The notes below the pieces were generated by a model. That model worked only from the letters and a program-made list of their open reading frames with translations, had not been told where the DNA came from and did not search any database. A DNA stretch of 56,674 bases, taken from positions 1 to 56,674 of the IMG/VR virus record IMGVR_UViG_3300034021_000712; one strand, 5' to 3'. A program made the translations under genes and the position numbers. Position 1 is the first letter of the stretch, and each line of letters opens with the position of its first letter. The DNA is from a virus. Taxonomy: Duplodnaviria > Caudoviricetes. Positions 54,205-56,674 of this stretch are shown one piece after another.

Positions 54205-54853
54205 TAAGAGCCCTCCATTCGGAAATGTATTCATGAAGTAATTTGACATAGTAATTAATGTTGTAAGTTTCAAATACTTGCATGATCATATCACTTTCAC
54301 ATGCAATTAAGATTGTTAGTTTATCTACCTTGACTCCAGTTCGTTCATAATACATAAGTGCATATGCTGCACACTGCACAAAATAGTTTTGAATCCACTC
54401 TTCTTTTTTGAGTTTGGTTGATGTTTTAAAATCTACAATAGACAGTGTATTATCAAAGCTAGCCACGCAATCAACCCTCCCAGCGAGGCGTAGATAATCA
54501 CTGTAAAGATATTGCTCAATACAATGTATATCAGATATCCTATCAAGAGTCTTACGAGCAGCCCCAAAAAGGTATTTGGGAAGACCTTCCACCGTTTCAT
54601 CTAAATCGTTTTTAAGATATGATTCTACTATAGCATGGAACTTGGTTCCTCGGGTGGTTGCCCTCTTGCTGATAGCATTTGCAACATCTTCTCCAACACG
54701 CGCTCTCCATTTAGAAATATCAGTTCTTACTCCAGTTACTGTAGTAACGCTAGGATATAAGTTTCCTGATGGTGTAGGATAATATCTCTTTCCATCTTTT
54801 TGTATTGCTTCAGCATCATTGACTAAAACAGGCATTCCAACATAGTTAAACAT
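54191..54853 (-). CDS. PD-(D/E)xK exonuclease
   Basis: YPSVTTV, RGTKFH, AGRVDC, IVDFKTS, YFVQ..AYA. Confidence 0.9.
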   Translation of the reverse strand: MFNYVGMPVLVNDAEAIQKDGKRYYPTPSGNLYPSVTTVTGVRTDISKWRARVGEDVANAISKRATTRGTKFHAIVESYLKNDLDETVEGLPKYLFGAARKTLDRISDIHCIEQYLYSDYLRLAGRVDCVASFDNTLSIVDFKTSTKLKKEEWIQNYFVQCAAYALMYYERTGVKVDKLTILIACESDMIMQVFETYNINYYVKLLHEYISEWRALNEKY

Positions 54854-55445
54854 AAGTCATCCAAGTAGTAATAATATATTTGGTATCTTTCAATGGAGGA
54901 TTGCCTCTATGGATGTGAGTATATCCAGCAGGCCATATTAAAAGCTTTCCTTGTTCTGGGGAAATTCTCTTCGATTGATACAAGAATTCGGTTTCTCCAC
55001 CGTCTTCTATTGTATTCAAATAGAGCTGCAGTGTCAATATTCGTGTTGCAGTATAACGATCAAAGGATTCACAATGCCAAGCATGGAATCCTTCTCCTGG
55101 TCTTGTTTTTTGAACCTTTAAATCATTAACCGTTACATTATCCAAGTCTAACAAATAACTATACTTAGATCTATAATGATCTAAACACTCACTTATACCT
55201 GCATTAAATTCATGAGAGATTGACTTATGCAATGAATGCAATTTAAAGTCTTCAGAGAATGGAGTATCGGTCAAAAATAATTGTTTATCAGAAACCTGCA
55301 ATGGATTTCTACCAAGCCTTGATTTAATGTAGTATCCAGTTTCTTCAAGATAGTCAAAATGAGCAATTGCTTTTTGACAGAAATCACTGGATACTACATT
55401 TTCATATATTCCAATAAACTCATCATAAACTACATTCATTATCAA
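54846..55445 (-). CDS. 2OG-Fe(II) oxygenase (prolyl-4-hydroxylase-like)
   Basis: GFHAWHCE, LYLN...GGETEF, WPAGYTHIHRGNPP..KYIITTW. Confidence 0.9.
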   Translation of the reverse strand: MIMNVVYDEFIGIYENVVSSDFCQKAIAHFDYLEETGYYIKSRLGRNPLQVSDKQLFLTDTPFSEDFKLHSLHKSISHEFNAGISECLDHYRSKYSYLLDLDNVTVNDLKVQKTRPGEGFHAWHCESFDRYTATRILTLQLYLNTIEDGGETEFLYQSKRISPEQGKLLIWPAGYTHIHRGNPPLKDTKYIITTWMTYV

Positions 55446-56197
55446 AATCCTAGGTTATTTTTGGTTACTAGATATTCTTTAACTAATCCAGATCTAACAA
55501 TATCATTAACATTAAATTCATGACAGTCAAATGATGGCATTTGCTTAAGGATATTCAAGAAGTCTAAGACTCCTGTTCTCTCTGCACTTCTTACCAAGTC
55601 AGACTGAGTATAATCACCAGAGAAAATAATCTTACAGTCTTGACCTACTCTGGTAATAATTGAATCAAGTTCGTGGAAGTTCAAGTTTGAAAATTCATCG
55701 ACAATGATAATGCAATTGTCAAGAGTAACTCCACGGATAAAAGAAGTAGACCAAAAAGAAACAGTTTCTTGGGCTCTAAGATTGGCATATAAAAGTTCAA
55801 ACTCCTGATCACTAGGCATTTCAAACATATACTTTACCATATTTTTGTATGGAATTTGGTATAAATTTGATTTATCTTCATGATCTCCTGGGAGGAATCC
55901 AATTTCTCTAGTAGGAACGAGAGAACGAACGATATAAACTTTATCATATGGTGTGTGCTCATTCAAAACATCTTTTAGTGCTAGATATAAACTAATAAAT
56001 GTTTTACCTGTTCCTGCACATCCATGTAGAACTAAGTTTTTTCCATCAGCATAAGACTCAAATACTTTAGTTTGGGTCTCGGTTATTGGTTCTATGTTGA
56101 GAAGATGTTCCGTATTAATTGGTTTTTTTCTTCTCATTTGTTTGCTAGACATGTTATTAATGGAAGTAGTGCCGTTCTTTCTCTTTCTTGCTGGCAT
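55442..56197 (-). CDS. phoH: PhoH-family ATPase
   Basis: GCAGTGKT, REIGFLPG, SFIRG, IVDE..N, GD..QSDL, DIVRSGLV. Confidence 0.95.
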   Translation of the reverse strand: MPARKRKNGTTSINNMSSKQMRRKKPINTEHLLNIEPITETQTKVFESYADGKNLVLHGCAGTGKTFISLYLALKDVLNEHTPYDKVYIVRSLVPTREIGFLPGDHEDKSNLYQIPYKNMVKYMFEMPSDQEFELLYANLRAQETVSFWSTSFIRGVTLDNCIIIVDEFSNLNFHELDSIITRVGQDCKIIFSGDYTQSDLVRSAERTGVLDFLNILKQMPSFDCHEFNVNDIVRSGLVKEYLVTKNNLGF

Positions 56198-56201
56198 ATG
56201 C

Positions 56202-56426
56202 CTATGTGTATTGGGATAGGTTTGATTTTGGGTGATTCTTTTGAATCTCCTTCATTCTGTCTCGGAATCCACTAGGTAGTGTTGGTGCCCCATAAACTAC
56301 ATTAGGAGGATAATGCATCTGTGTAAGTTGCGGGTTATCCTCTTTATATTTATCGAGGTCATGAATACTCATGAACTTTTCGAAGATTTCTCCTGTGGAT
56401 TCGTCTTTAAATTTGTAGGTAGGCAT
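56202..56426 (-). CDS. Small FmdB-like hypothetical protein
   Basis: MPTYKF....TGE.FE..MS. Confidence 0.7.
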   Translation of the reverse strand: MPTYKFKDESTGEIFEKFMSIHDLDKYKEDNPQLTQMHYPPNVVYGAPTLPSGFRDRMKEIQKNHPKSNLSQYT

Positions 56427-56536
56427 GAACGTATCTCCATTAAAATTGTTTTAATATCTTCAAGTTCTTCATGAATATCTTGATGATGAAACCGCAAAGG
56501 CTTTTGAATTAATTCTTTAAATACTTTTTTCTTCAT
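56369..56536 (-). CDS. Small hypothetical protein (55 aa)
   Basis: Manual translation MKKKVFKELIQKPLRFHHQDIHEELEDIK...; ATGA-coupled to thyX. Confidence 0.6.
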   Translation of the reverse strand: MKKKVFKELIQKPLRFHHQDIHEELEDIKTILMEIRSCLPTNLKTNPQEKSSKSS

Positions 56537-56674
56537 GGTCTAATCAAAACGGCTGGTTGAAACTCTGAACAATCACATTCATTGACCCATCCCAATGCCT
56601 CAGAGACTGCAGGGAACTTGCAAGAAAAAATACATCTAGCTTGCTCAGCGATTTCCATGTGCTCTTTCTGAGTG
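56533..56674 (-). CDS. thyX: Flavin-dependent thymidylate synthase, C-terminal fragment
   Basis: TQKEHMEIAEQAR.IF...FP.VSEAL.W; position upstream of phoH as in cyanomyoviruses. Confidence 0.8.
   Translation of the reverse strand, partial: TQKEHMEIAEQARCIFSCKFPAVSEALGWVNECDCSEFQPAVLIRP

Overview
This is a 56.7 kb segment of an AT-rich T4-like cyanomyovirus genome (Kyanoviridae-like). The assignment rests on gp2/4/5/26/32/33/48/51/53/59, phoH, thyX, cpeT and cp12. Nearly all genes are on the minus strand. From left to right: (1) 1-11.8 kb is a dense island of small early ORFs containing an RNA-repair cluster (Rnl1, separate polynucleotide kinase and 3'-phosphatase, and a second DRB0094-type RNA ligase). 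(2) 11.8-15.2 kb holds a DNA methyltransferase, a putative nuclease, an SF2 helicase and an HNH endonuclease. (3) 15.4-34.1 kb is one tightly packed run in which tail-fibre/structural genes and three Gly/His-rich paralogues lead directly into a flavin-dependent halogenase and six 2OG-Fe(II) oxygenase-like genes. (4) 34.1-35.7 kb has eight tRNA genes interleaved with structured non-coding RNA modules. (5) 36.4-56.7 kb holds baseplate, tape-measure-like and replication/late-transcription core genes. The most striking unexplained signals are: a roughly 57-nt-periodic array of pseudoknot/hairpin modules each carrying UGGYG (the complement of tRNA 3' ends, CRCCA); a roughly 38-nt pseudoknot RNA ending in CCA and fused to tRNA-Ala; non-canonical tRNAs; sigma70 promoters whose -35 box sits inside a GC-rich hairpin; and the fibre-linked halogenase/oxygenase cassette. 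All calls come from reading motifs by eye; no database searches were run.
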